Shown piece after piece: positions 20,562-31,303 of a stretch of DNA of 64,000 bases. How positions within the stretch are numbered: the first letter of the stretch is position 1; each line of letters starts with the position of its first letter. The stretch comes from Bdellovibrionales bacterium (GTDB lineage: Bacteria > Bdellovibrionota > Bdellovibrionia > Bdellovibrionales > UBA1609): contig CBDCMT010000001.1 of NCBI GenBank assembly GCA_965219095.1, forward strand, positions 1,344,001 to 1,408,000. The letters run 5' to 3'. The translations under genes were made by a program, and so were the position numbers. Under the pieces are notes generated by a model. That model was not told the DNA's origin. It searched no databases and saw nothing but the letters and a program-made list of their open reading frames with translations.

Positions 20562-21299
20562 TTATTGGCTCCTCCCGGGAACCCACAGATTCTTTTGAGG
20601 AGGCAATTGTTTTAAAAACTCACTAACTTGTTTTTTATAAAGAGATTCACAGTCACTAATTCCTCTTAGATGGGGACAGTTTAAATTTAAAGCTCTAAGA
20701 TTCAAATGCCTATGAGGTTTAAAGAGATCCTCTATAGCATAAATGGGTGTTATTTTATCTTTTAATCCTCGAATACTAAGTATAGGGACAGAAGGAGGAA
20801 AAGATTTTATCTCCTTTAAAACTCTTTTGTTTTTAAAGAACCCACCCCATAAGAAATAGTCTGTAAACACAAAAAAAACCCTTTTGGGTAAAAATTTTAC
20901 TTTCTCTGCATAAAACATATAATTGAACAAACACTCTAAAAAGTAAGTAAAGGGTCCTCCTTCGCAAACCCAAGCTTTCACATTGACATCTTTAAATTTG
21001 AACATATAGTTTAAAACCATAAATGAGGGGGCTGAAAAACTGTAAAAAATGATTTCTCTTTGTCTTATGTCATTCTTATAAAGCCATTCATTTAAATCAT
21101 ATGACCATCTGTCGATGAAATTGGATTTCAAACCTCCTGTTAAAATACTTTTTAAAACATCTCTAAAGGGACGTCCGTAATAAGGAGGTTCAAAAACTTT
21201 TGTTTCAAAATGCAAGCTTTCGATAAACTCAACGTTTTTTCTAATATTCTTTATTTTTGCCTTAAAGTACGGAATAAAAATAACAGTAGGTTTTTTCAT
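20562..21299 (-). CDS. Alpha/beta-hydrolase-fold-like protein
   Basis: YSFSAP elbow-like motif, later D (KDKIT) and H (PHLRG); ATGA overlap with aceE stop. Confidence 0.6.
   Translation of the reverse strand: MKKPTVIFIPYFKAKIKNIRKNVEFIESLHFETKVFEPPYYGRPFRDVLKSILTGGLKSNFIDRWSYDLNEWLYKNDIRQREIIFYSFSAPSFMVLNYMFKFKDVNVKAWVCEGGPFTYFLECLFNYMFYAEKVKFLPKRVFFVFTDYFLWGGFFKNKRVLKEIKSFPPSVPILSIRGLKDKITPIYAIEDLFKPHRHLNLRALNLNCPHLRGISDCESLYKKQVSEFLKQLPPQKNLWVPGRSQ
20567..20604. repeat. 38-bp ISL3 scar (left end fused to right end)
   Basis: GGCTCCTCCCGGGAA|CCCACAGATTCTTTTGAGGAGGC joined at the shared CCGGGAA. Confidence 0.85.
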
Positions 21300-24052
21300 T
21301 TTTGAAAGTTTGATCCCCAAAGTTCTTTCCAATTCGTATAAGATTGAGATGATTTTGTACGTAAAACACCCTCTCTAACTTGAACTGATTCTAAAGCTGT
21401 TTCAGCTAAAACTTTACCTACAGCTTCTATAATAGAGCCATTATCAATGCGATGAAATTTATAAATATCAGAAGGCCTCCCACACTTTGAATGTTGTCTT
21501 ACAGCTAAGGCCTCTTGTTTTACACCTATGAGGGAACCTATGTTGTCCAACAAACCAGGCTCTCCATCATGAACACTTACAATAGGTATCCTACGACCTG
21601 CTAAGAGTACCCAATCTCCTTCATAGGAAACTTTCTTTAAATGTAAATCTCCGTTAATACCTAGACCATTTTTTAAATGAAAGTAATTGTTTTTCAGGCC
21701 AAGATTTCCTAGCAACAAATCGTGGCTTGTGACAACAATTATATGGGCGTAGATACCTTGTTTAAGAAGCTTTTCAGAGGCTTTAAGTGCCTCTGTTGTA
21801 GGAGAACCCATAGAAAAAATATACACTACATTATCCCCAGGTTCATAATCGACATAGCCCCTATAATCCTTTAAATAATAAGCTCCCTTAAGGACATCCT
21901 TTCTCAGTCTTTCTAAAATTTTATCTTCATCAATGTTTTCCACTTCATTTTCTCTCATAATTCCTGACTTATCTAACACACTATCTTGAGAACAAAGATG
22001 CCCTTCAAAAGATTTTTTAAAAGTTTTCTGTGTTTTCAAATGACTCATAAGTCCTTTTTGATCTACACCTCTTGTCACACAACGAATATGAACTCCCATA
22101 CGATCCTTGTTGTCTTTTTGGAAATGTCGTTTTAAAGCATCTAAAAAGATCCAATCCAACTCTATGCAATAAAAAGGCTCCCAAGTGATCTGTCTTGGAA
22201 TTTCAAAATTAGACTTCCAGCCATGTTGTGCCCCTTCTGGAGAAAGAGTTACTCCGGAAGGTGTTCCACAAAGAAGAAAACTTGAACCCCAATACAGATT
22301 GTAAAAATGTTGATCTAAAGCTCTTTTTATAAAAAAGTCATAAATTGTCATAAGAGGAAAAAAAGGAATTCCTAGGATGTCATTAAGTTTACCAAAAGAT
22401 CCTAAACAGCTTGTAGAGTTAGCTTCTGTAATATCAAAACGAATGAAACGACTTGAAGCTTCTTCTCTAGGTACAAGATCAGGAGACTTTTTGTCTTTCA
22501 CATTCATAGCCTTTTCAAAGTCATCAACTTCAGTAGAAAAGATCTTTCCATCAAAAGCAGGATTCAAATTAGTACTTGTTGCCACATCAGGAGACATTTG
22601 TACAAATAACTCACTCATCTTTTTAAACTTTTTTTCAGAAGATTTCAGATCAGACTCATCAGTTACAGCAATTCTTGAAAGTTTTGCTGTAACCTGTCCT
22701 AACATCCATTGTGTATGGGGATAACTTACAAGTTTTAAATTAATACCAAAACTTTCCGGAAAATCTTGAAGAGAAATTTTATTTTTTACAAAAATCTTAT
22801 TTTTTTTCTTTATTTCACTTTGTTCTAATATCTCTTTATAAAGCTCATCTGATCTTCTTTTTAAAAACTGACCTTCTTTTGTTGATTTGTCAAAAGTTTT
22901 AAATTCATCCGTTTCTTTAAGTCCTGTGTTCTTTCTTAGTCTTAACATTTCCTCTTGACTGGGAAGACTTGAGTGATTAGCTTGTAGAGCCACCATATCC
23001 AAGCCCCAACCCTTTAAAGTATGACAAATGACTATGGAGGGTTGGTCCTTTGTTTCCTTGGAAGCTCTTAAAGCCTTTTCTATCAAAGACAGGTCATGCC
23101 CTCCTAAATCCCTTAAAGCTTCATAAAACTCCTCATCAGTTACAAAATCTAAAAAAGGTTTTAATTTTTTATGAGTTTCTAAAATTTTTTTCTTTAGGAA
23201 TTTTTTATCTTTGATCATTAAAAGTGCTTGAAGTTCATAATCATCAAGCTCTTTTTCTAAAAAAGTTTGAAACATTTGGCCTTGCTTTTTTCTAAATAGT
23301 TTTTGTCTTTTTTGACCATGGCACAGGTCTATAACATGCCACCCATTAGACTTCATGGTGTTGTAAATACGATCACTATCATTACCACTAAAAGCCTCTT
23401 TATGACGAATTCTATGGCCATCAAGTCCTTGTCTATTATAATCTATAATCCACGTAATCTCTCCTAACTTTCTTTCAGCAAAATCAGGAGCTGCTTCCAG
23501 TAAAGAACCTTCACGAAACTCAGCATCCCCTGCCACAGCCCAAAAATGAGCCTTCTTAGGAACCAAATAATTTTGTTTTCCAGCCATACGATAAGCCAAA
23601 GCCAAATAACCTAAACTCACAGGCGGAATTCCCACAGTTCCTGAAGGTAAAAAATTATGAAAATCAGGATCATAAGGCGAATGGTAGGACTGGAATACAA
23701 ACTCTCCTGATTGAGAAAAAGCTCTTAAACCTTTCATGGATCGATCAAATTCTTCTTCCAAACACCGTGAAAGATCTTTTTTTAAAAAAAGCCTCAACAA
23801 GTAATTAAAGGCATGATCACAGGGGGAAGCATGAGGTTTGTTAACAATAAAATCAAAACCTGTTTTTACCAGTAGATGAAGAACTCCTAAAATGTGTAGC
23901 GCACTTGCCGATCCTGAACTATGGCCTCCTACTTTAGGATCCCCCTTCTCTTTATTTTTGCGATGATTGGCCATAAAAATCATCTGGTTGAACAAATAAT
24001 GAGCTCTTTGAATGATGCTGTTGATTGTTTTTAAATCATATGTCACTTTCAT
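21296..24052 (-). CDS. aceE: Pyruvate (2-oxoacid) dehydrogenase E1, homodimeric AceE type
   Basis: KVGGH, KPHASP, GDAEFREG..NRQGLD TPP motif, TLKGWG, PEGAQH. Confidence 0.85.
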   Translation of the reverse strand: MKVTYDLKTINSIIQRAHYLFNQMIFMANHRKNKEKGDPKVGGHSSGSASALHILGVLHLLVKTGFDFIVNKPHASPCDHAFNYLLRLFLKKDLSRCLEEEFDRSMKGLRAFSQSGEFVFQSYHSPYDPDFHNFLPSGTVGIPPVSLGYLALAYRMAGKQNYLVPKKAHFWAVAGDAEFREGSLLEAAPDFAERKLGEITWIIDYNRQGLDGHRIRHKEAFSGNDSDRIYNTMKSNGWHVIDLCHGQKRQKLFRKKQGQMFQTFLEKELDDYELQALLMIKDKKFLKKKILETHKKLKPFLDFVTDEEFYEALRDLGGHDLSLIEKALRASKETKDQPSIVICHTLKGWGLDMVALQANHSSLPSQEEMLRLRKNTGLKETDEFKTFDKSTKEGQFLKRRSDELYKEILEQSEIKKKNKIFVKNKISLQDFPESFGINLKLVSYPHTQWMLGQVTAKLSRIAVTDESDLKSSEKKFKKMSELFVQMSPDVATSTNLNPAFDGKIFSTEVDDFEKAMNVKDKKSPDLVPREEASSRFIRFDITEANSTSCLGSFGKLNDILGIPFFPLMTIYDFFIKRALDQHFYNLYWGSSFLLCGTPSGVTLSPEGAQHGWKSNFEIPRQITWEPFYCIELDWIFLDALKRHFQKDNKDRMGVHIRCVTRGVDQKGLMSHLKTQKTFKKSFEGHLCSQDSVLDKSGIMRENEVENIDEDKILERLRKDVLKGAYYLKDYRGYVDYEPGDNVVYIFSMGSPTTEALKASEKLLKQGIYAHIIVVTSHDLLLGNLGLKNNYFHLKNGLGINGDLHLKKVSYEGDWVLLAGRRIPIVSVHDGEPGLLDNIGSLIGVKQEALAVRQHSKCGRPSDIYKFHRIDNGSIIEAVGKVLAETALESVQVREGVLRTKSSQSYTNWKELWGSNFQK

Positions 24053-24129
24053 AAACAATACCTTATAAAAAGCTCTTTTATTATTATATAAAAACACAGG
24101 TAGGGTCAAAGATAGGATTCAACTTAACT

Positions 24130-24897
24130 TCAAGCCTCTACAATAAAACTCCATTCAAAGCGGACTTGGCCCTCATTTTGGATTTGTTGAGGCGGGTTAG
24201 GAAAGGGTGCGACTTCATAAAAACTCTCTACAGCGGCTTGATCCACAAAAGAAGAGCCACTAGATTGAACCACCTCAATACGAAAGATGGCTCCTCTTTG
24301 ATCTAAAAGCACAATCAATTTTGTCATACGAAACCGAGAAAATAGATTTTGTTTATTATAGGCTAGGCCTTTATAATAGGCTTCTCTTATACGACGATTC
24401 CAGATAGGACGCAGTTTCATGCGAATCTGATGATAATAAGTATAAAAGACATAGCTTTTTGTATTCAAATGAGTTTGATCACCTTCTCGGATGTTTTTTA
24501 AAAAATCATCTGTTTGACTGGTTTGAGAATTTTGAGATGATAAGGTCCATGCAGGGCCTAAACCGGCTCCTATTTTTTTTGTAAAACTCCTTCCCCCTCT
24601 TTCTTGGTTCTGAAATGATCCTATGCGAGAGGCTTTTGTTTGTATTTTCACTCTCTTATCCACAGCACTTAAAAAAAGTTTTTCACTTTCTTTGTCTTCA
24701 AGTGAATCGGTTTTATCTTGCTCTACAATTTGTCGATAGATAAGCTCCACTTCTATTTTTGTTTCTTCCTGTTTAAAAAAACTGGCCTTAGGATTCTGAG
24801 ACAGAAAAAAACCCCCTAAAACGAGGAGAAAATGACATCCTAGAGAGGTAGAAAAATACAAAAAAGCCATGCGTCTCATTATAAGCTTTGTCGGCAT
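24130..24897 (-). CDS. TonB-family energy transducer
   Basis: N-terminal TM with SxxxH, C-terminal SSG...D.AA...PFPNPP. Confidence 0.85.
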   Translation of the reverse strand: MPTKLIMRRMAFLYFSTSLGCHFLLVLGGFFLSQNPKASFFKQEETKIEVELIYRQIVEQDKTDSLEDKESEKLFLSAVDKRVKIQTKASRIGSFQNQERGGRSFTKKIGAGLGPAWTLSSQNSQTSQTDDFLKNIREGDQTHLNTKSYVFYTYYHQIRMKLRPIWNRRIREAYYKGLAYNKQNLFSRFRMTKLIVLLDQRGAIFRIEVVQSSGSSFVDQAAVESFYEVAPFPNPPQQIQNEGQVRFEWSFIVEA

Positions 24898-24941
24898 TTT
24901 TTGTTAAAAACTTGAAAACAAAAATAAAAAATTGTAACCTT

Positions 24942-25670
24942 ATGTTTATGAACCTTAAATGTCATTCTTTATGCGATATCGGTCTTGTTAGACAAGACAA
25001 CCAAGACAGCATCTATACAAATGAGGACTTAGGCCTTTTTATAGTGGCAGATGGTATGGGAGGGCATGAAGGAGGGCAAGTAGCCTCTCAAATGGCCATT
25101 GAAGCAATCTCCGAGTACATTAAAAAAAACCTCAACCAAATATCTTCCCCTGTTGAACTTTTAGAAAAAGCTATCAAGAAGGCCAATACAGATATCTATG
25201 AAACTGGCTGTTACGAAAATCCTGAACTTATGGGCATGGGAACTACAGTGGTGTCAACATTTTTCTTAGGTCAAAAAGTTTATATTGCCAATGTAGGAGA
25301 TTCTAGAACTTATCTGTTTCAAAAACCTCGTTTGTGGCAACTTACCGATGATCATTCTCTTTTGTTTGAACAGGTTAGAAATGGGATCATTTCTGAAAAA
25401 CAAAGCCAATTGATTACGGGAAAAAGCATTCTCACAAGAAGTGTAGGTACAGAAAGTTTTATCGATGTAGATACTTTTATTTTTTCCGTTCCCATTGGTG
25501 GCCTTTTGATGCTATGCTCCGATGGACTTTGTGGCCTTACAACAAACCTTGAAATCATGAAAGCTATGGATAGTGCTGAAAACAGCCAACAAATGATCCC
25601 TCTTTTGTTCAATTTAGCTAAAGAAAATGGAGGGCATGATAACATTTCCATTCTTATTATTGAAATATAA
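24942..25670 (+). CDS. PP2C-family Ser/Thr phosphatase
   Basis: R..NQD, VADGMGGH, MGTT, NVGDSR, CSDGL, GGHDNIS. Confidence 0.95.
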   Translation: MFMNLKCHSLCDIGLVRQDNQDSIYTNEDLGLFIVADGMGGHEGGQVASQMAIEAISEYIKKNLNQISSPVELLEKAIKKANTDIYETGCYENPELMGMGTTVVSTFFLGQKVYIANVGDSRTYLFQKPRLWQLTDDHSLLFEQVRNGIISEKQSQLITGKSILTRSVGTESFIDVDTFIFSVPIGGLLMLCSDGLCGLTTNLEIMKAMDSAENSQQMIPLLFNLAKENGGHDNISILIIEI

Positions 25671-25743
25671 ACCTTCCTATGGTAATCAGCCACTAAAAGA
25701 AAGAGGATTTTAAGTTAAAAACAAGGTTTAAAACAAAAAATAT

Positions 25744-26715
25744 ATGAAAAAAAAAAGCTTCACTGTTTTCCTTGTTTCAAACAAACAAGACCGTACAAAA
25801 ACTTTCCATATCTCTGGAAAAATGATTTCAGTTCTAACCCTTTCTCTAAGCTTTCTGTGTTTTTTTCTCTTAGCTCTTTTGGTTGATTACACACACATAC
25901 AACTTGATACAAGTGAAAATAAAAAACTCAGAGAAAAAAACTTTTTTCTTGAAAACAAACTCTCTCACGTTGAAACACGCCTCATAGACTTAGAAAGAAA
26001 TTTGCACAAGTTACAAACACTTTCCGCAAAAATTAAAACCATTACCAATTCAGAAAGCAAAACCAGTCTTTTGAACACAGCTTTAGGACATGTTCCTATA
26101 GAATTTCAAGATCAAATCTCCTCCGAATCCTATACAGAAAAAAGCTATGAAAGGGGACATCCTGTTGAGAATTGGAGAGGAAGTCATATAGAGCTTCGTA
26201 TCGAAAAAGCTCTTGTCAAAACTCAACTAGAACAAGTCAAGCAAGTAGAACTTTTAGAAGATCTTTCACAACAAACCACTTTCTTAGCTGCCTTACCCAG
26301 CATTTCTCCTGTAAAAGGCTGGCTGAGTTCTGTGTTTGGATATAGAAAACATCCTATTACAGGACAACTTCAAATGCATTCAGGAATCGATATTGCCAGT
26401 TCCTTTGGAAAAGCAGTTCAGGCCCCTGGAGGAGGTGTTGTAAGCTTTATAGGCTATGATCCTGGATATGGAAAAACTTTTTTCATAGACCATGGTTATG
26501 GCTTACAAACCCGTTACGCTCATCTTTCTGATATTTTCGTCAAAATCGGTCAACGTGTGAAAAGAGGTGATGTTCTAGCTACTATAGGTTCTACAGGTCG
26601 CTCTACAGGACCTCACATCCACTATGAAATACGTCTTTATGGTGTACCTCTTAATCCTGTTAATTATATTTTGGATTTACCTCTTAGTTCAAAAATATCT
26701 TTTGCTAAAAAATAA
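25744..26715 (+). CDS. M23 family peptidase
   Basis: HSGID, YAHL, STGPHIHYE; N-terminal TM plus coiled coil. Confidence 0.95.
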   Translation: MKKKSFTVFLVSNKQDRTKTFHISGKMISVLTLSLSFLCFFLLALLVDYTHIQLDTSENKKLREKNFFLENKLSHVETRLIDLERNLHKLQTLSAKIKTITNSESKTSLLNTALGHVPIEFQDQISSESYTEKSYERGHPVENWRGSHIELRIEKALVKTQLEQVKQVELLEDLSQQTTFLAALPSISPVKGWLSSVFGYRKHPITGQLQMHSGIDIASSFGKAVQAPGGGVVSFIGYDPGYGKTFFIDHGYGLQTRYAHLSDIFVKIGQRVKRGDVLATIGSTGRSTGPHIHYEIRLYGVPLNPVNYILDLPLSSKISFAKK

Positions 26716-26744
26716 GCCTCTTGTTTTTGTAGCAAGGTAAAATT

Positions 26745-27533
26745 TTAGAAAAGTTGATAAGTAACCATATAAATAACAGGAGAGGCAAAATAAAGGCTAT
26801 CCATCCTATCTAAAATACCTCCATGACCAGGTAAAATATACCCTGAATCCTTAACTCCTGTTTGTCTTTTTAAAGCTGATTCCACAAGATCACCTATTTG
26901 TGCTGTAATATTGGCTAAAAGAAAAAACACAATCCAAGAAACTAAAGAAACCTCATCTAACAAAACATAGGCCATACTCAAGCCTACAATTAAAGATCCT
27001 AAAAAGCTCATTCCAAACCCTTCCCAAGTTTTCTTAGGTGATATAGAGGGAGCAATAGAATGTTTCCCAAAGAAACTTCCTCCTAAAAAGGCTAATGTAT
27101 CAGCACCTATAATAGAAGATAGCAAAACGAAAAAATAAGCCAAATTTTTCTCAAGTGCAAGATAGCAGATCCCAGGTAAAAGACTACACAGAAAAAATCC
27201 AAAAACAATAACCGTTGTCTTTTTAAAAATGAATTCATTTTTAAAAAATAAATTTAAAATGAAAAAACCTATAAGAGGAAAAAAGCCTAAAACAGGATGA
27301 AAAAAGACTATAAGAACATAGGAAAGAGACAAGCAAGCTGTGAGTCCATATAAACTTACCCGGGTTTTAAAAACCATACGAGAGAACTCATAAGCACCCA
27401 GCATTACAATCACGAATGCAAATATTTTCATATAAGGATTAAAATAAAGGGTTGTGATAACAAAAGCTATGAAGAATAAGAAGGCTGTAAAGGTTCTCAT
27501 TCTAAGACCTATTGACTTCACAAACTCCTCCAT
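26745..27533 (-). CDS. cdsA: Phosphatidate cytidylyltransferase
   Basis: SPKKTWEG, GDLVESALKR..GVKDSG..LPGHGGILDRMD. Confidence 0.95.
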   Translation of the reverse strand: MEEFVKSIGLRMRTFTAFLFFIAFVITTLYFNPYMKIFAFVIVMLGAYEFSRMVFKTRVSLYGLTACLSLSYVLIVFFHPVLGFFPLIGFFILNLFFKNEFIFKKTTVIVFGFFLCSLLPGICYLALEKNLAYFFVLLSSIIGADTLAFLGGSFFGKHSIAPSISPKKTWEGFGMSFLGSLIVGLSMAYVLLDEVSLVSWIVFFLLANITAQIGDLVESALKRQTGVKDSGYILPGHGGILDRMDSLYFASPVIYMVTYQLF

Positions 27534-28209
27534 AACGTCTTTCTATTTTTTTATAATACAATAAGGCTTCATCTAAATCACTTTCATTAAAATCAGGCCA
27601 CATTTTAGACGAAAAAAACAGCTCACTATAAGCAGTTTGCCATATAAGAAAATTAGAGAGCCTTCTTACACCTCCTGTGCGAATCACAAGATCAGGATGA
27701 GGGAAACCGTAGGTATCTAAATGAGCTTCAATAGTTTCTAAACTCATTTTATCTTCAGAAACCCCCTTGTCTTTCATTCTTTTAAAAGCCTTTAGGATTT
27801 CCTGACGTCCCCCATAACTTAAAGCTAAGATAAGGGTAAAATGTTTATAGACTTCAGTTTCTTTCTTAATAGCATGAATCTTCTCTTGCAAAGAAACAGG
27901 AAACTTTTCAATATCTCCTATAACATCAACTTTTATTTTATTTTCATGAAAAAAAGATTTCTTACAGCCTAAAACCTCTTCGCAAAGTCTAATGATCATA
28001 GAAATTTCTTTTACAGGACGTCTCCAATTTTCTGCACTAAAGGCAAAAAGAGTTAGATAAGGAATTTTTCTCCTCTGAACTCCTAATATAAGCTTTTGTG
28101 CTGTCTTCTGTCCTTTTAAATGTCCCTGAATTCTAGGCTGTTTCTTAGTTTGAGCCCAACGTCCATTACCATCCATAATGATTGCTACATGAGAAAGTGT
28201 TAAATTCAT
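27502..28209 (-). CDS. uppS: Undecaprenyl diphosphate synthase
   Basis: HVAIIMDGNGRWA, FSAENW, RTGG..RLSNF. Confidence 0.97.
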   Translation of the reverse strand: MNLTLSHVAIIMDGNGRWAQTKKQPRIQGHLKGQKTAQKLILGVQRRKIPYLTLFAFSAENWRRPVKEISMIIRLCEEVLGCKKSFFHENKIKVDVIGDIEKFPVSLQEKIHAIKKETEVYKHFTLILALSYGGRQEILKAFKRMKDKGVSEDKMSLETIEAHLDTYGFPHPDLVIRTGGVRRLSNFLIWQTAYSELFFSSKMWPDFNESDLDEALLYYKKIERRYGGVCEVNRS

Positions 28210-28232
28210 AATTTAATTAAGTTATTGAAACT

Positions 28233-28787
28233 TTAAATGGTTTTTAAATCCGCTTCTTTTTTTTCACATATGGTATCTACTTTTTTTATATAATCATCAA
28301 TAATTTTTTGAACCAGATCTATATCTGTTTTTTTCTGATCTTCACCGATCTCTTTATCCTTAAACTTTTCTTTGATTTTTTCATTAGTATCTCTTCTGAT
28401 CATACGCAAAGACACCCTTCTATCTTCTGCCATCTTTTTGATTTGCTTTATAAGATCCAAACGTCTTTGTTCGGTGAGTTCAGGAACTTTTAAACGAATG
28501 AATTTCCCATCATTTTGAGGCGACATTCCTAAATTACTTTTCACAATAGCTGCCTCAATATCTTTTAAAGTAGAACTCTCCCAAGGACTTATAAGAAAAC
28601 TTCTAGCATCAGGACAAGAAATACTCGCCACTTGATTCAATGGCGTCATATTGCCATAGTAAGATACTTGAACAGAATCAAGCATAGCCACATGGACTCT
28701 TCCTGTTCTGACTTTTTTAAGTTCTGAGCTAAAACCGTCAACACACTCATTCATAGATTTTCTTATACTATTTTCATCGATAGACAT
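28233..28787 (-). CDS. frr: Ribosome recycling factor
   Basis: RTGR, YYG..PLNQVA, PELTEQRR. Confidence 0.97.
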   Translation of the reverse strand: MSIDENSIRKSMNECVDGFSSELKKVRTGRVHVAMLDSVQVSYYGNMTPLNQVASISCPDARSFLISPWESSTLKDIEAAIVKSNLGMSPQNDGKFIRLKVPELTEQRRLDLIKQIKKMAEDRRVSLRMIRRDTNEKIKEKFKDKEIGEDQKKTDIDLVQKIIDDYIKKVDTICEKKEADLKTI

Positions 28788-28801
28788 ATCTTCCCTCCTT
28801 T

Positions 28802-29521
28802 TTAAATAGATACCATTGTTCCTACAGATTCTCCTCTTAAAATACGTTTCAAATTACCTTTATGATGTAAATTAAAGACATTAATTGGTAGCTTATTGTC
28901 TTTACATAAACTAATGGCTGTAGAATCTATAACCTGCAAATCCTTCTCTAAAACCTCTAAATAAGAAAGTTTTTCAAAAAATTTTGCATCCTTAAACTTC
29001 AAAGGGTCTTTATCATAAAGACCCTCAACTTTTGTGGCCTTAATAAGAATGTCAGCATTGATCTCCATAGCCTTTAGTGCGGCTGCTGTATCAGTTGTAA
29101 AATAAGGTCGACCTGTCCCTGCAGCAAAGATTACTAAACGACCTTTTTCAAGATGTCTGAGAGCACGTCGTCTTATATAAGGTTCCGCAATTTCAGACAT
29201 TTCAATAGCAGTCTGCACTCTTGTATCAATGCCATGGTGTTCAAAAACATTTTGTAGGGCTAAGGCATTGATACAGGTTGCTAACATTCCCATATAATCA
29301 CAACTCGCTCTGTCCATACCAGTAGCCTCTGAAGCGGAAAGACCTCTAAAAATATTTCCACCACCTATAACAATTCCTATTTGAATGTTTTGTTCATATA
29401 CAGATAAAACCTCTCTTGCCATAATCTCAATCGTATTTGAGCAAATACCAAAATCCTTCTTTCCGGAAAGATCCTCGCCACTTAGTTTAAGTAAAATTCT
29501 TTTGTACTTAACACTTGACAT
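28802..29521 (-). CDS. pyrH: UMP kinase
   Basis: [29 protein letters not shown]. Confidence 0.97.
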   Translation of the reverse strand: MSSVKYKRILLKLSGEDLSGKKDFGICSNTIEIMAREVLSVYEQNIQIGIVIGGGNIFRGLSASEATGMDRASCDYMGMLATCINALALQNVFEHHGIDTRVQTAIEMSEIAEPYIRRRALRHLEKGRLVIFAAGTGRPYFTTDTAAALKAMEINADILIKATKVEGLYDKDPLKFKDAKFFEKLSYLEVLEKDLQVIDSTAISLCKDNKLPINVFNLHHKGNLKRILRGESVGTMVSI

Positions 29522-29527
29522 AGTTTT

Positions 29528-30181
29528 TCAAGAGTTTTTCATTTGTTGAGCTACTTCTTCAGCAAAATTTTTCTCATCTTTTTCAATTCCTTCACCTAAT
29601 TCAAACCGCACAAATCTTCTTATAACGATTCTTTCTCCTGTTTTAACAATTAACTCATTAAGGTGATCTTTGACCTTTTTATCTTGATTCTTAATAAAGG
29701 GTTGTTCTAAAAGGCAAATATCAGACATCCACTTTTTGATTTGTCCTTCTAAGATTTTATCTAAAAATTCTTTTTTCTTACCTTCTTTAAGAGCTCTTTG
29801 ACTTAAAATAGATCTTTCTTTTTCTATTTCATGCTGAGGAACATCTTCATAGCTCACATATTGAGGAGATGAAGCAGCAATATGCATGGCTATATCTTTC
29901 GTAAAAGTCTTGAACTCTTCATTTCTAGCAACAAAGTCAGTTTCTGAATTGACTTCTAAAAGAACACCTATACTTCCTTCTGCATGAATATAAGAAGCTA
30001 CAACTCCTTCAGCTGCAATTCTTGATGATTTTTTAGCTACTTTAGTTATACCATTTTTTCTAAGCCACTCCACAGCCTTGTCTATATTTCCTTTTGCTTC
30101 TTCTAAAGCTTTTTTGCAATCTAACATACCTGCACTTGTTTTTTCTCTTAACTCTTTAACTAAACTTTGTGTTACATTCAT
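29528..30181 (-). CDS. tsf: Elongation factor Ts (short form)
   Basis: VKELREKTSAGMLDCKKAL, NSETDFVA. Confidence 0.97.
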   Translation of the reverse strand: MNVTQSLVKELREKTSAGMLDCKKALEEAKGNIDKAVEWLRKNGITKVAKKSSRIAAEGVVASYIHAEGSIGVLLEVNSETDFVARNEEFKTFTKDIAMHIAASSPQYVSYEDVPQHEIEKERSILSQRALKEGKKKEFLDKILEGQIKKWMSDICLLEQPFIKNQDKKVKDHLNELIVKTGERIVIRRFVRFELGEGIEKDEKNFAEEVAQQMKNS

Positions 30182-31134
30182 TTCTTCTCTCTTTCGTTAT
30201 CATCATCATTTTTACTATGATCATCATTCTTATCGTTCTTATTGATGCTTTTATTTACATTTTTTTCATTATGTTCTCCTTGCTTAGAATCAAGCTCCAT
30301 TTCAATTTCTACATCTTCAGCCGTTCCTGCAGCCACCACCATACGAGTTTTAGTTTTTATCACACGAGGACCCTCTGAACTTCCAGAGTCTTTCATATCT
30401 TGAATACTATCATCTTCACTGTCTTTTTGCTCCTCTGATAAATGCCGTTCATACTCCTCATAACCTTCTAAATAAGAATCTGCTACAAAATCGCAAAAGA
30501 GTTTAATAGACTTTAAAGCATCATCATTTCCAGGAATAGGATAGTCTACCTCATTAGGATCTGTGTTGGTATCCACAATTCCTACAACAGGAATTCCCAA
30601 CTTACGAGCTTCTTTAACAGCAATTTTTTCACTATTAATATCTACCACAAAAAGAACATCAGGAGCTTTGTTCATATCAGGTATGCCCTCTGCGAAAACT
30701 AAAATCTTCTTATACTCTTTAAGTATTCTTGTCTGCTCTTTTTTAGTGTAATAATTTAAAATTCCTTTTTCTTTCATCTGATCAATTTTTTTCAACCGAT
30801 CCACTCTTGCTCGTATGGTTGCAAAATTGGTTAAAGTTCCTCCCAGCCATCTCTTCACAACATAAAATTGACGACATTTTTGAGCGGCTTGTTTGACTAA
30901 ATCTTGTGCTTGTTTTTTTGTTCCTACAAAGCAAATCCTCCCTCCTCTTCGCCCTACAGACTTGATAAAATCACTTGCCTTAAGAGCTGCTTGATAGGAT
31001 TTTTCTAGATCAATAATATAAATACGACCCTGCTGTCCATAGACATAAGGCTTCATAGAAGGGTTCCATTTGTTAGTTTGATGTCCAAAATGAACTCCCG
31101 CATTTAACATATCTTTAATTGTAAGTTCCGGCAT
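30178..31134 (-). CDS. rpsB: 30S ribosomal protein S2 with acidic C-terminal extension
   Basis: GVHFGHQT..WNP, RWLGGTLTN, PGNDD. Confidence 0.97.
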   Translation of the reverse strand: MPELTIKDMLNAGVHFGHQTNKWNPSMKPYVYGQQGRIYIIDLEKSYQAALKASDFIKSVGRRGGRICFVGTKKQAQDLVKQAAQKCRQFYVVKRWLGGTLTNFATIRARVDRLKKIDQMKEKGILNYYTKKEQTRILKEYKKILVFAEGIPDMNKAPDVLFVVDINSEKIAVKEARKLGIPVVGIVDTNTDPNEVDYPIPGNDDALKSIKLFCDFVADSYLEGYEEYERHLSEEQKDSEDDSIQDMKDSGSSEGPRVIKTKTRMVVAAGTAEDVEIEMELDSKQGEHNEKNVNKSINKNDKNDDHSKNDDDNEREKK

Positions 31135-31210
31135 ACTGTTCTCCTCGGTTAAGCCTCCTTCTCACAAACTCCTTTTAAAGAGACCAAGGAAATGTCCTGA
31201 GAAGTGTGGT
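31135..31210 (-). promoter_or_regulatory. Probable rpsB (S2) leader RNA
   Basis: CACAC-CTTCTCA...TGAGAAG-GAGG stem directly upstream of rpsB. Confidence 0.5.
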
Positions 31211-31303
31211 CTGCTTATTTCTAGTAGTAAATAGCATAGGAAAAATTCTAAATCAAGCTTTTTAGCAAGATTTCAAAGGCTTATTTTAACCGATTAGGGG
31301 CGA

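Noticed and set aside
22377..22724. Short antisense ORFs (also 7045, 14697, 25352, 32561, 62595, 63193, 63786 and others)
   Set aside because: Shadows of well-supported genes on the opposite strand, with no motifs
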